From positions 496,001-560,000 of the forward strand of contig AP026164.1 in assembly GCA_030295235.1 (NCBI GenBank): a stretch of 64,000 nucleotides of DNA. Reading direction: 5' to 3'. Source of the DNA: Fistulifera solaris. Lineage: Eukaryota. A program made the position numbers and the translations under genes. The notes beneath the pieces are model-generated. The model saw only the letters and a program-made list of their open reading frames with translations. It did not search any database and was not told where the DNA came from. The stretch's first letter is position 1; every line of letters begins with the position of its first letter. Positions 1 through 11,363 of this stretch are shown one piece after another.

Positions 1-267
1 GGGCATTTGAAAAAACAAAAATGACCTGCCACTACCAGGTAGCCGCTACCAGAGACTGCAGCAGCAACTCTCGCGACGAAGACAAAATCATTCCTCGTTG
101 CATCATTCAAGCAATCTTGTGAGACGGAGAAGTTGCTTTCTTCTCAATTTTTCAGTTAGCCTTCTCCGCACAAGCAATCCGTAAGCCAGAACGTCGCGAG
201 TGACGATCAATTCGAAGCACACAAGCACGATTGTGACATTGCAAACTTCATTATTTCTTGAAACATC

Positions 268-2390
268 ATGTCCGACGACGAAGCCAACGAAAAGTTGGTC
301 GCTCCTGCGGATTTTGACGGTCCCACCAGCACTCGACATTGCACGGATGTCTTTTGTTTGCTCATTCTGATTGCAGCATGGGTGGTAATGACGGGTGTCG
401 GACTCTATGCGGTAGGAGAAGGAGATTACCGACTCGTGTTGTATCCTTTAGACTACGACGGAAACATTTGCGGAACGGGTGCGTGTTCGTCGCTTAAGCG
501 CAAGAGGTCTTTCGAAAGGCTCTATTTGTCATACTTGCTAATATTGTGCTCTTTGTTTTGCAGACTTTAAAAATGACATGACGGCATATCCGAATCTGCT
601 CTATGTCAACTCTTTTCCGGTGGAGTCTGTGTTGACGAATGTCCCGACTTGACCAACAAGACACAAGACGGTGTCTCGGATGTTCATACTTTAATTACGT
701 ACGATGGTGTCTGGCAACCGTCGTCGGGAGGTGCCCAACTTCCTTTGGATTATGTCAAAGTGGCCGATTATTCGAATGCGTCGGATGTCATGTCCTGCAC
801 GGACGCTACCTGCTGGGATACTGAAGCCTATACCAGTCCTTACAGCCCGGGGGTCCGTCTGGGTTACGGTTATGCTTTTTATGCCGGAACCACGTACGGT
901 GTTCTGGGACGATGTTACATGACTACGGCCGCACTCGATCGCATCGAAGAACAGCTTAACTTTGAAATCGCCTCCGCAACGGAAGCGGCGTCGGATCTTA
1001 TGGGAATTGGTGCTGTCGAAGATGCTTACGCGTTCTGGAATCGTGTATTTGCAGATTTGTGGACGGCGCGAGCCTATGTTCTAGGCTTTGGATTCGGCGT
1101 CTCGTTGATCGTTAGCTCACTGTATATTTTCATGCTGCGTCTGCCGTTTTTACTCAATACCGTCGTCTGGGGGTCCATTTTCCTTACTATTGGCATGTTC
1201 TTTTTTGGTGGTTATTACGCATGGAATGTGGCTACAGATTGGGATGAAGCGGATCCCCAAACCGTGGAAGATACTACGATCACAGCAACCACGGGTGCTG
1301 CTATTGCGTTGTGGGTGGTAGGCGTACTGTTAGTTGTGCTGACGTGCTGCATGCGCAAGGCGATTCAAGTGGCCTTACTTTGTGTCAAACAAGCAGGAAG
1401 GGCCGTCAATAACATGATTCTCATTTTGACGGTTCCATTTCTTCAAGCGGCCGCATTGGTCGCTTTCTTTGTCGTTTGGTCTATCTATGCGGTGCACTTG
1501 GCGAGTCTCGGAGAAATTGTGACGAAAGAAGTGGAGCTAGACCCTAGCGCGCTGACAGGAGAGGATCTTCCCGAAATGGATCAGGGCCTTATCCAACCAG
1601 TGCACTATCGAGTTTTTCTCTTCGACGAATTCATAACTCGGTGCTCGTACTACCTGTTATTCTGTCTCTTCTGGACAGCAAATTTTATTGTTGCCGTCGG
1701 TGACATGATTGTTGCGATTGCAGTCGCTAAATGGTTCTTCGCGCGAAATAAAATGACAGTGGGAAGCTGGACTGTCATTAGTAGTGTGCGAGAGACGGTC
1801 ACGTATCATCTTGGAACATGCGCCTATGGTTCTCTCTTGGTCGCCATCGTGCAATTCATTCGCTACATCATCGCAAAGCTTCAAAAGAAAGCTAAGGAAA
1901 CACAAAACAAAATTGCCGAGTACATACTTTGCTGCTGCCAGTGCTGCTTCTGGTGTCTCGAACGATGCTTGAAGTTCATCAACAAAAACGCTTACATTCA
2001 GACGGCGATTTTCTCTACCAGCTTTTGCAAGAGTTGCCGAGCTTCCTTCTTTCTCATCTTCCGGAATGCTGCTCGAGTGGGTGCCGTTACCTATGTGTCG
2101 TCCGCAGTTCTCATTATTGGAAAGCTGTTTATCAGCGCGGTGACGACAGGTTTTGCGTACATAGCCATTACCGAAAGACTCAGCGATGAGCTGTTTTCAG
2201 TGGGCGGACCCGTTACAATTACTTTTTGATTGCCTACTGGATGTCCGACTTTTTCATGGGTGTCTTTGACATGGCGATCTCAACTGTTTTACATTGCTTT
2301 ATCGCCGACGAAGAAATGTTCGGGGGCAACGGAAGCTACGCCGATCAACATCTAAAAGACTATGTGGACAAACATGGCGCACAAAGATAG
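268..2390 (+). CDS. Choline transporter-like (CTL/SLC44) membrane protein
   Basis: N-terminal 'RHCTDVFCLL' and 'YPLDYDGNICG'; C-terminal 'YHLGTCAYGSL', 'CCCQCCFWCLERCLKFINKNAYIQTAI' and 'LHCFIADEEM'. Intron 479-563 (GT..CAG). Two single-T frameshifts in T-runs (~613-616, ~2223-2227). Stop TAG 2388-2390. Confidence 0.9.
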
Positions 2391-2514
2391 GCGATTGTGG
2401 CAAAATGGTTAACTTTGAATGTAAGTTGTTGTTATTGTATGTTACACAGCATTTACTGGCAAAGTACGAGTATTTCTTAGCAGTAAACTAGAATCCTTTC
2501 ATTCACACAAATTA

Positions 2515-3824
2515 TCAGGCCACTGTCATCTCGGATTCGGCTTCGACTTTTGGTCGCTTTGCTAGTGGACTTTCTTGCTTAACCTTGTCGATCACATCAC
2601 TACCAGGCTTTTCGTTTTCATGATTGAGAAAGTACGAGTCCAAGTATTTGTGAGGATCCGATTGCTCTTTGGAAGATCGACATAAGTCAGCAACCAACTC
2701 ATCGAGACCCCACAGCTTGCAAATGGCATCCATACTATGACAGTTACATACTTTGGCCACCGTTTGTCCCGCGGAATAAATTTGAGGTAGATATGGGGTG
2801 CGTGGTATAGGCATTCGTCGATTACTCATAAACTCACAAAGGACGTATTTTGTGTTTTTGTAATGGACGCCGTAGCGCACGGCTTCGTGCAAGTAGTCCT
2901 GCACCACCTTGGCCTTGTCCAGCAACAATTTTGATTGGTAACCAAAATCTGGCGTTGTTTGTGAGTCTGTTTTCTCTGGTTTCCGGAAGATACTCGTATT
3001 GTAGAGAGCGGGTCGAGCTAGCAACACACCGTCTGCTCCAGTGGTCCGTCGAAATTCGTCGAACTCGTCACGCGTATAAAAGTCACCATTTACGAGAATG
3101 GGTATGTTTGGGAATTTCTGTTTGAATACAATAACAACCTTACGAAGACTTTCCCAATCTGCAGGATAAATGGGGTTATCATGTCGCTGTCGACCATGGA
3201 CTGCCACGGCATTCGCCCCTGCTTCTATCAGGCCCGACAAAAAGTCGATTGTGCTGTCTACGTCACTCAACAGTCTTATTTTGGCGGAAACAGGAAGTCC
3301 TTTTGGATGCATCACGTCACAGACAGCTCGCACAACCGCACAGGCTCGTTTCTTGTCCGAAAGAAGTGCTGATCCCATTCCTCCCGAAACAGAGAATTTT
3401 TGGGACAGCCCATATTAATATCGATGGCATCAACATCTTGACACACCTTCAACGCCGCTTCTGATGCCAGCTCTGGCTCGCCACTTCCAATTTGACAGAC
3501 CAACTTTCCCCTTTCGACTTTGGGGTCAATGCGGAGCAGTAAAGGCGGCACATCACCATTTAAAATCTGTTTGCGCTTCTTTTCGGAAAACTTGGCGAGA
3601 TCTTTGTTGTAATCAACAGTCCCCATTTCTTCATTTACGAATCTCGTACTTTCGATAAGACTTCGATCAACTATTTCTTCTGTGTAAACAAAATCGGCTC
3701 CGTATTTGAGGGCAAGTACGCGTAAAGGCGTTGTCGATGCGCGCACCATGGGTGCCAAAGCTTCTCCTCGGTACAGCAGATTTGCTTTTTCTTTAATCGA
3801 TAGCTCTGATGAGGGACCAGCCAT
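2515..3824 (-). CDS. tRNA-dihydrouridine synthase (DUS2-like)
   Basis: Motifs LAPMVR, CQIG, DINMGCPK, VHGR, NGD, LARPAL. Two ORFs join if one A is added at ~3397-3401, restoring 'PKKFSVSGGMGSALL'. Confidence 0.9.
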
Positions 3825-4572
3825 GATTGTATAGGCGAGGAATGATGAATGAATGTAATGCGTTTCGAAAACTTTCAGTAAAGGACAAGTAAGGGAGCCT
3901 TGCTATCTCCATGCATAGCATACGGCTATGTCATCACGTCTGTCATCCATCAATGCTGTTTCCACGTGTAATCACTCCACGGTCTATTTTATCCAAGTCC
4001 TTTGTTGTCATGCCGGCTCTCACAACACGTTTTTTCTCCTAAATTTGGCAGTTTTGAAACTGTCGACGGCCGCGACTGCGCACTTTTGTGTATGGTTGAC
4101 AATGACAACACCCACAATTCCATTCCAAAACCTTTGATTTGAAAAAAAAAACAATTAAATATTGCAGTAAGCAATAGATACTACTGCTCTCACACAGCTT
4201 GGAGACCTTGTAACGATAGGAAGAAGGAATGGCCTCCCAGTTCAATAGTGATCCCAGCAATTCTGACGGATGCCGATGGCATCTCAGAAACTATGGATAC
4301 CAATCTTGTCGACTACCTTGGTCCAACATCAAAGTTTGGAAAGGAATTCAAAAGGAACCCCTTTCGTTTAGACCCACATCACCACCGTCCCCGCGTTGTT
4401 CCTGCTATTACTGATACGTCAACCGAGTCTATTGAAGCAATACCAGAAATTCTGGAGCAGGTGTACTTTATTCATACAGAGAAACTGGGTAGGACGTTAA
4501 AATTATGCCTCCCAGTACAAGATTCTACGTAACTTCTACGACGAGGCAGAATTTTAACGCCGTTCCTGGGGT

Positions 4573-5140
4573 GGTCCAGAAATTCTGGACCAATTGTACT
4601 TTATTATACAAAAAAATCTGGAGACGTTTTAAAAATACTAGACCAGGTGGAGTTCATTCATACAGAAAATCTGGGTCGGTCCAGAAATTCTGGACCATGT
4701 AAAATTCATTCATACAGAAAATCTGGGTCGGTCCAGAAATTCTGGACCAGGTGGAGTTCATTCATACAGAAAATCTGGGCTGGTCCAGAAATTTCGGACC
4801 AAGTGTATCTCATTCATACAGAAAATCTGGGATGGTCCAGAAATTCTGGACCAGGTTTATTTCATTCATACAGAAAATCGGGGTGATCCAGAAATTCTAG
4901 ACCATGTAAATTTCATTTATACAGAAAATCTGGGTCTGTCCAGAAATTCTGGACCAGGTAAATTTCATTCATACAGAAAATCTAAGGTGATCCAGAAATT
5001 CTGGACCAGGTAAATTTCATTCATACAAAAATCTGGGGTGGTCCAGAAATTCTGGACCAATTGTACTTTATTCATACAAATAATCTGGAGACGTTTTAGA
5101 AATTCTGGACCAGGTGGAGTTCATTCATACAGAAAATCTT
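4573..5140. repeat. Tandem array of 11 units of ~52 bp, each with the palindrome GGTCCAGAA-A-TTCTGGACC
   Basis: Unit starts read at 4573, 4626, 4678, 4730, 4782, 4834, 4885, 4937, 4989, 5040, 5093. Consensus is approximately GGTCCAGAAATTCTGGACCAGGTRNAKTTCATTCATACAGAAAATCTGGGNN. A detached degenerate unit lies at ~4440-4490. Confidence 0.95.
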
Positions 5141-5552
5141 GCACCTGGTAATTCGTCAAAAATCCGGGTGCTCCTTACATTGATACATTTCCTTACGAGG
5201 CTTACGTGAGATCCGCGTAGACTTTTGAAGCGTTGTATCTTTCGTATCTTGTAAATGGTACGAGGCATGTATAATGGTGAAGTTAGAACAACATTTTTGT
5301 AAACCCGTGCTGAAAACACTTTACGCGAAGCAACACTTTCTCCTAGACTGGATTAGGTTTAAGGTTTTGATTCCATTGCTAAAAATTAATAATTGATGAG
5401 TTGGAGTGATGTTCGCCCCGAATTCCATCGGCTTCGATCGGACGGAATTCCGTGTCGGTTGAAAGGTGGTTGCTCGGAAACCGATTGTTAAACATGGTCA
5501 CAAATACACAATAATTGCATCGGACAAAAGAACAGAAAACGATTATGTTATC

Positions 5553-6383
5553 ATGAGCCAACGACCACCTTCAACACATTCACACGAAATGAAACCTTTC
5601 TCGGCAACAACGATTGTGAGCATGAGGCCTTTAACGTGGTTGAACTACGTCTTTGGCTACGGCTCGCTGATATGTTCCAGAAGTCGTAGCCTCACGGCCC
5701 CGGAAACACTGGATCGCGAAGTCACGCCCGTTCTCGTGCATGGATTGGAGCGAACGTGGGCGAAGCGGAGTACCACAGGAATGACAGCCATGGGGGTTCG
5801 TTTTCAGGAAGGCGCCGAGTGCGTCGGAGTATTTCTACCGCTGACGGATTCGGAGCTGCTGCAATTTGATGAACGTGAAAAAGGGTATGACCGCATGCCA
5901 TTGCGACCCGCCGATATCGAACCAGTACCTTTTCTTGATCCGAAACACTATCAAGGAAAGCAACAACAACAGTTTCTTCGGTTAATCAAAGAACGCCCTG
6001 ATGATGTTTGTCTGTGGGTATACGTGCAACAAGAAAATCAATATCCGACTCCAGAGCATCCGATCGTCCAGACCTATGTCGACACGATTTTACGAGGTTG
6101 CTTGAGTATATCTGACGAGTTTGCTACTGAATTTATCAAAAACACCAAAGGGTGGCATCCGGAAGAGATACCAGCTTTGGATGACGAGTCTGCTATTAGC
6201 TCATCTGAATCGGAGGATGACGGAAGTGTAATGTTCGAGCCTAGTTGGATAGACGACCGCGACGACCCGGTTTACATCCGAGGTGATCCCACATACTCAC
6301 GCCAGAACTCCGACGACCTCGATCAGCTTTTGAAGAAGCACCGACCTGGTCATTTTCGACATCGAAGATCAAAAAGTGCGTAA
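5553..6383 (+). CDS. Gamma-glutamylcyclotransferase / ChaC-like protein
   Basis: 'YVFGYGSL' GGCT-fold signature and 'FDEREKGY'. First in-frame ATG is at 5553. Confidence 0.7.
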   Translation: MSQRPPSTHSHEMKPFSATTIVSMRPLTWLNYVFGYGSLICSRSRSLTAPETLDREVTPVLVHGLERTWAKRSTTGMTAMGVRFQEGAECVGVFLPLTDSELLQFDEREKGYDRMPLRPADIEPVPFLDPKHYQGKQQQQFLRLIKERPDDVCLWVYVQQENQYPTPEHPIVQTYVDTILRGCLSISDEFATEFIKNTKGWHPEEIPALDDESAISSSESEDDGSVMFEPSWIDDRDDPVYIRGDPTYSRQNSDDLDQLLKKHRPGHFRHRRSKSA

Positions 6384-7746
6384 GGCATTCTTTTGGTGCT
6401 AGATGTTTATCTTCAAGAATTTTATGATCACCATTACAGCAATGCAATTTAAAGGCAATAACAAATATCCAATTTATTCGACCTCCATGTAGTCCCTTTT
6501 CGTTTTCCACATCGAGTTGTCATACTCCCTGGTAAATTCAGTTCTCGTCATTTCAACAAGGTAAATTTTAAAAGAAATTCGAATTTCAAGTAGCACACCC
6601 TGGCGATGACCCCTTTCTGTACTAGTGATTTGCTATGCTGGAATTTAACTAGTATACAAAGTAAGAACCAATGAAATGTCCCGAAAAGATCAATATCCAT
6701 TATCGCTGCTCCCATTTAACGCAAATATTTGTGTGAACTTAACTTGTACTGAAGCCGCAACAAAGAGAAAATTGTTGCTTCCAAGAAAGTTAATTGCCGT
6801 GTACCGTATTAACGAGGTAAAGTTTGGCTGCGTTACAGTCTTTCATGTGGCTTTGCCAGTTCTCGAATTGATTGAAGAAAGACTAAACATGCCAAGTGCC
6901 GCTGTTTTCTCATTGAGTGCAATATCGATAGGACAAAAACTAGACCGTTGATTGCTGGTTGACGATCGTAGATGACCGCGATGAGAGAGCTATGTCACAT
7001 TCACCAGTGAATTGATTCTCACGTTTTGTTGGTCGACGAGTGTCGATGATAAATTATCGAATCAAGCAGTGTAAATAGTAGAATGAACGCCTTTTGCGTC
7101 AATTCCCACAAGCATTGCTCTCTCAATAGGATGAACAATGGTTTTTTTTTAAATGAAAGTTTTCCGTCCCAAAATCGATTGACGCGATCGAATGAAGGGT
7201 GCACGAATGATTGGGCCAAAAAATAATCATGGGCAATGGGCACCCCCTTGCAGTGTGTAAGAAGCATATTTCATATTTCAAGACGCTGTAGTACATTAAG
7301 TAGTCTTGACGTCGAAGCGGTACTTCTATTCTAAGACATGTCGGAACGCGTATTAATGTCATTCAGGATCCACAGACAGAGTGGACCCTCTGTCAGACTT
7401 ACTTAATTTAGGCCGCTTCTAATAACCGTGCGTAAAAAAAGATAAAAATGGAAACCGGATGTTCTTTGGTTTGACGGAGAAGCAAGATGGAAGATGAATA
7501 TCGGTCGTCGTGACTAACATACCTTGTTTCCGGGACACACGTATTACGTATGCAAGCTGACGTCAGTTGAAGATAATAAACAGTGGAATAGGTTACGTCA
7601 TCATTCCTGTGGCGTTTGACTTTGCTCTGGATGTTCGCCGAAAACGAATACAAAACCAAAAAACCATCATTTGTTTCATGCGACTTGGTAAAAGAATCGC
7701 TACATTAGGTTGAAACTTCACCTTTTCCCAACAAATACAGAGAACA

Positions 7747-9229
7747 ATGATGCTACGTTTGAGTAGCGCCGTCTTTGCACTGATTGCACTCGCTTCAGTT
7801 TCGCAAGGCAGCGCCTTTACCCCGTCCTCGACATCATCACGCGTCGACACTGCACTTTTCGGAAATACCCAATCGCCTCCTCCGATTCCAATGCCAAAAG
7901 CTATTTCGTATGGAGAGGAGAGTCGAAAATACCGTCGCACTGTGTTTACTCATGATGATTGGGTGAAACATCGCTCTCCAGAGCGCTTTGTTCGCAACTT
8001 GAGTTCCATTTGGTCGTCGGGTGTTTACAAGAATCTTGCCAATGAAGTCATGGCCACCACTGGAGTTGCGACTTTTGTCGTCATCTACAATGCGTTAGTA
8101 GGAGGCTACACTGATTTTAGTGGAGTAGCTCATGCTGCGCCTATTCAAGGACTCTTGCAAGTTGGCCTACCTTTGGCTCCCTTCACTCTTTCTAGTCCTT
8201 CTCTCGGTCTTCTTCTCGGTACGTTTCGTTTATGGCTACAGCGAGCAAGCTAAATCATTCACATGTAATCTCACATCACCATGCACCAATATTTCAGTTT
8301 TCCGAACCAACACGTCCTACCAACGATGGGACGAGGCACGAAAAAAATTGGGGGTAAGTTCTGCAAGCGTTTGCAACAAGCTTGTCATCAACCTTTGTGG
8401 TGTCGGCTTTTTGATTGTATTGTTCAGAGCTCGCCGTCTGACATTGCTCTTTAATTCGGATAGAATGAACATCAACCATACTCGTGATCTTGTTCGTATG
8501 GGAACGGCCATGTACGATCGGCAAGGCGTGCCTCCCGAAAAGGTCGAGAAGGATTTGAAAATGCTCAGCTTGTGCACTTGGGCCTTTGTTCGTGCCATGA
8601 AACGTCACTTGTCTCCCGAAAGCGAAGATGAAGAAGCATTCAAGCGTGAGTTATACGAGAAGCTTCCGTCGGCTCAAGCGGAAGCCATCATCAAAGCAGC
8701 TCATCGACCCAATCGAGCCTTGTTTGACCTGTCGCTCGCCATTGAGAATTTGAACATGCACTTTATGCGAAAGAACGAGATTCACAAGGCTGCCACTATC
8801 TTTGAGGACAACCTCGGAAGCAGTGAACGTTTGCTCACTTCTCCGGTGCCACTTTTTCTATTCTCGCCATTTGGCTCGATTTTTGTCTCTGTGGTTGCTT
8901 CTCATTCCATTTGCACTCTACGATCCATTGGCGGGTACCTGGAATCATGTTGGTCTAATTCCCACCACGGCAATGCTTTCTGTCTTTTGTTTGGTATCGA
9001 GGAGCTCGCCGCACAGATGGAGGAGCCTTTCACCATTCTTCCTATGCAAGCCTTTTGCGACAAAATCGGAAATTGGTGTAATGAAATTGTTTCGTGGTCC
9101 CCCGGTGACAATGGAATGGAAGTCACTATTCCATCTGCCGTTGAAGAAGATCATGTAGTAGAAGAGATGATGGTGGCGAACGGCAGCACCCGCCCCAGTC
9201 TTCGAAAAGTTCTGGGCTTGAAAAAGTAA
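7747..9229 (+). CDS. Plastid-targeted bestrophin-like anion channel (UPF0187 family)
   Basis: Signal peptide ending 'QGSA-FTP'. Motifs 'LGLLLVFRTNTSYQRWDEARK', 'ERLLTSPVP' and 'GIEELAAQMEEPF'. Introns 8219-8297 and ~8354-8463. Three homopolymer indels (~8341-8347, ~8853-8857, ~8985-8988). Confidence 0.9.
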
Positions 9230-10613
9230 TTCTAAACTCTAAACCTCGTTCACTATAGTGTATTCAGTCTCATGTCTATATGATGTACTAACCTGTCCTT
9301 TCACTAGACGGTTGACGAATTCCTGCCTGAAATGTCCCGTGCGATGAAAAGTCCATGCAGAAAAACAGCCCTTTGCGGCTCGCCTTTAGCACACTTGTAG
9401 CCCACATAAAATCCACATTAGGGAGAATATATTGGTTGATTACCCATGTTGTGTCTTGATAGTCGTTGATAATGCTGTCATTGGATTTCGTAGTCTAGCC
9501 CGAATGAAAAGAAATACAAAAAACAAGGAAAATGGGAATAAATATTACTCCGAGTAGTTGTTTTCATTTTTTTTTAAAGTGCGTGCTGTCATTTTTCACA
9601 ATAACCGTGTCCCGTGTAAGTTGATAGTACCAGTAGAGTATCTGTGACTATGATGCTTATCACTCGCTGAGTCACGAATAATCACAAACAGGGTTTAGTC
9701 TGTCCGTGCGTACACTACGACATATTATTAGCACGCTGCGACATCTCCTATACTCGAATACCGTTCCGATTTCTTCCACTTTGAAGGTCTAGTGGATTTA
9801 AAACGTCTTTCGGGGCCCAAAATAACAGTGCATACAAAGTAGCACAGGAGTTTTTCGGCCCGTTGCTTTTCACAATCATTTGTGCTTTTGAGCGACCTTC
9901 TTAAAAACATTCTACGATTTCCTTCTCAAAATTTTCTGCATTCATGATGGAGATAGTATTGCAAAGACGCCGACGAAAATTCTCGCAGAAATTCGGTTCA
10001 GTAAAGGGGTTTCTTCCATTTGTAAGAGGATAGGTTTGCTCGATGACTTTTGTCGCCGCAGAGTTTGATCCTTGATGTCGGCCGTGGCGGGAAAAACATA
10101 ATCATCAGAGACGATTGATGCTTATCATTCTTAAGCAACTGTTCTGTAATCTTGCTTTGAAGTCAGACACTGACGACTTACCTGACACAGAAGATATTGT
10201 CACAACGCTGCAATCACTCGCCGCCGTACAAAACATTTAAAGGGATCGTACACGAAACGTATCAGCGCACGCAACAACAAAGATAACTTGCGTCTTTACA
10301 AAGTACCGCATCCACTTTTTCATAAAGAAATAAAGGAATCGCAAAAATATTGCTTTGAACCACAGCGGCTATGCTTCCCTTTTCGTTTTTCTTTTAGATG
10401 TCAAACTAATAATTTCTTGCCACACAAGTCTTGTGCCACAAATGACAAAGAAAAAATGTAGACTTATGTGTTGGGAGTTGGGAACCTTTCCTAGTCATAT
10501 TCATGACTTGATCAGTCACTAGTTGTTTTTTTCTTGAAAAATCTGCATTTATTCGCTTCTATACTCGATCTATCCTTCCATTCGCTAAGATCTATTTCTT
10601 ATATTATCAAGCC

Positions 10614-11330
10614 ATGCTATTCAAAACAAAGAAGACTTTAGAGGCTTCCGAAGTCGCCATACTGCACAATTCGTTCTATCCGCCAGCGAAGCAATGCGGC
10701 CATTGGGCTCCTTTAACGGAGATGGTCGATCAAATGCATCGTCAGGGGTTCTCACTTAAATGTCCTCATTGCGGTGAGTCTGTTTTGTTTATCAAAGACT
10801 TAGCTGCAGCTAAGAAGAACGTAGAAGATGAGACTGTTACATTCAAGTTCGGAAAGATTGTGTATTGTCTGAGTGTACCAGGCGGCTCGCACACGGCGCC
10901 GATGGGATGGCTGGAACGTGGCCTTCAGCTACTTCACATTCGTTCGTATCGTACTACGGCCCAAGCCCGAATCGCCGACGCTCTTCAATTGGATTTGTCA
11001 TCAATTAAAATCTTATCCAAGGGGAGGATAATCTTTTCATCATCGTCTCCAATTAATAGTGACATCTTTCACGATTTTGCCATTTCGCAAACATTGACGG
11101 ATCAAACTGCTGAAGACGGTGGGCTTGTCAACAGGAGCCCAACCCCTCGTCTTTTAGTCATGGGGACACCACGGGGCGTTTTATCGCCGAAAATATCATC
11201 GGTCGTGGATCGTATCCGCAATATCTCGGTGTACGATTTACTCGAATGGACGGTCCGTTCACTTTTCCATTTCGGAGCGGGTCTGATCCGTTTTCTATTC
11301 CTCGGAAAATCAACTAACAAGCACGACTAG
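10614..11330 (+). CDS. Hypothetical protein with Cys/His cluster, possible ubiquitin-like segment and hydrophobic C-terminus
   Basis: 238-aa ATG-initiated ORF converging tail-to-tail on the helicase gene. 'CGH..CPHC'; 'IKILSKGRII...LLVMGT' is reminiscent of a Ubl domain. Confidence 0.55.
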   Translation: MLFKTKKTLEASEVAILHNSFYPPAKQCGHWAPLTEMVDQMHRQGFSLKCPHCGESVLFIKDLAAAKKNVEDETVTFKFGKIVYCLSVPGGSHTAPMGWLERGLQLLHIRSYRTTAQARIADALQLDLSSIKILSKGRIIFSSSSPINSDIFHDFAISQTLTDQTAEDGGLVNRSPTPRLLVMGTPRGVLSPKISSVVDRIRNISVYDLLEWTVRSLFHFGAGLIRFLFLGKSTNKHD

Positions 11331-11363
11331 TTGAATCAAGTCAAAATGCTTTTATTGGTTACA

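Noticed and set aside
4248..4886. Short ORFs overlapping the repeat array
   Set aside because: The 52-bp unit is not a multiple of 3, the peptides are repeat translations, and the upstream part has no recognisable domain.
4573..5140. CRISPR array interpretation of the palindromic repeat
   Set aside because: The sequences between palindromes are near-identical rather than unique spacers, no cas genes are present, and the context is eukaryotic.
6384..7746. Long intergenic gaps (also 9230-10613, 21834-23322, 43450-44318) examined for tRNA, snRNA, snoRNA or TE remnants
   Set aside because: No cloverleaf, paired C/D boxes, TIR/LTR pair or transposase motif was recognisable by eye; an Infernal/Rfam scan would be needed to exclude them.
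10060..10072. AGAGTTTGATCCT, matching the 5' end of bacterial 16S rRNA
   Set aside because: Only 13 nt match and the flanks are not rRNA-like.
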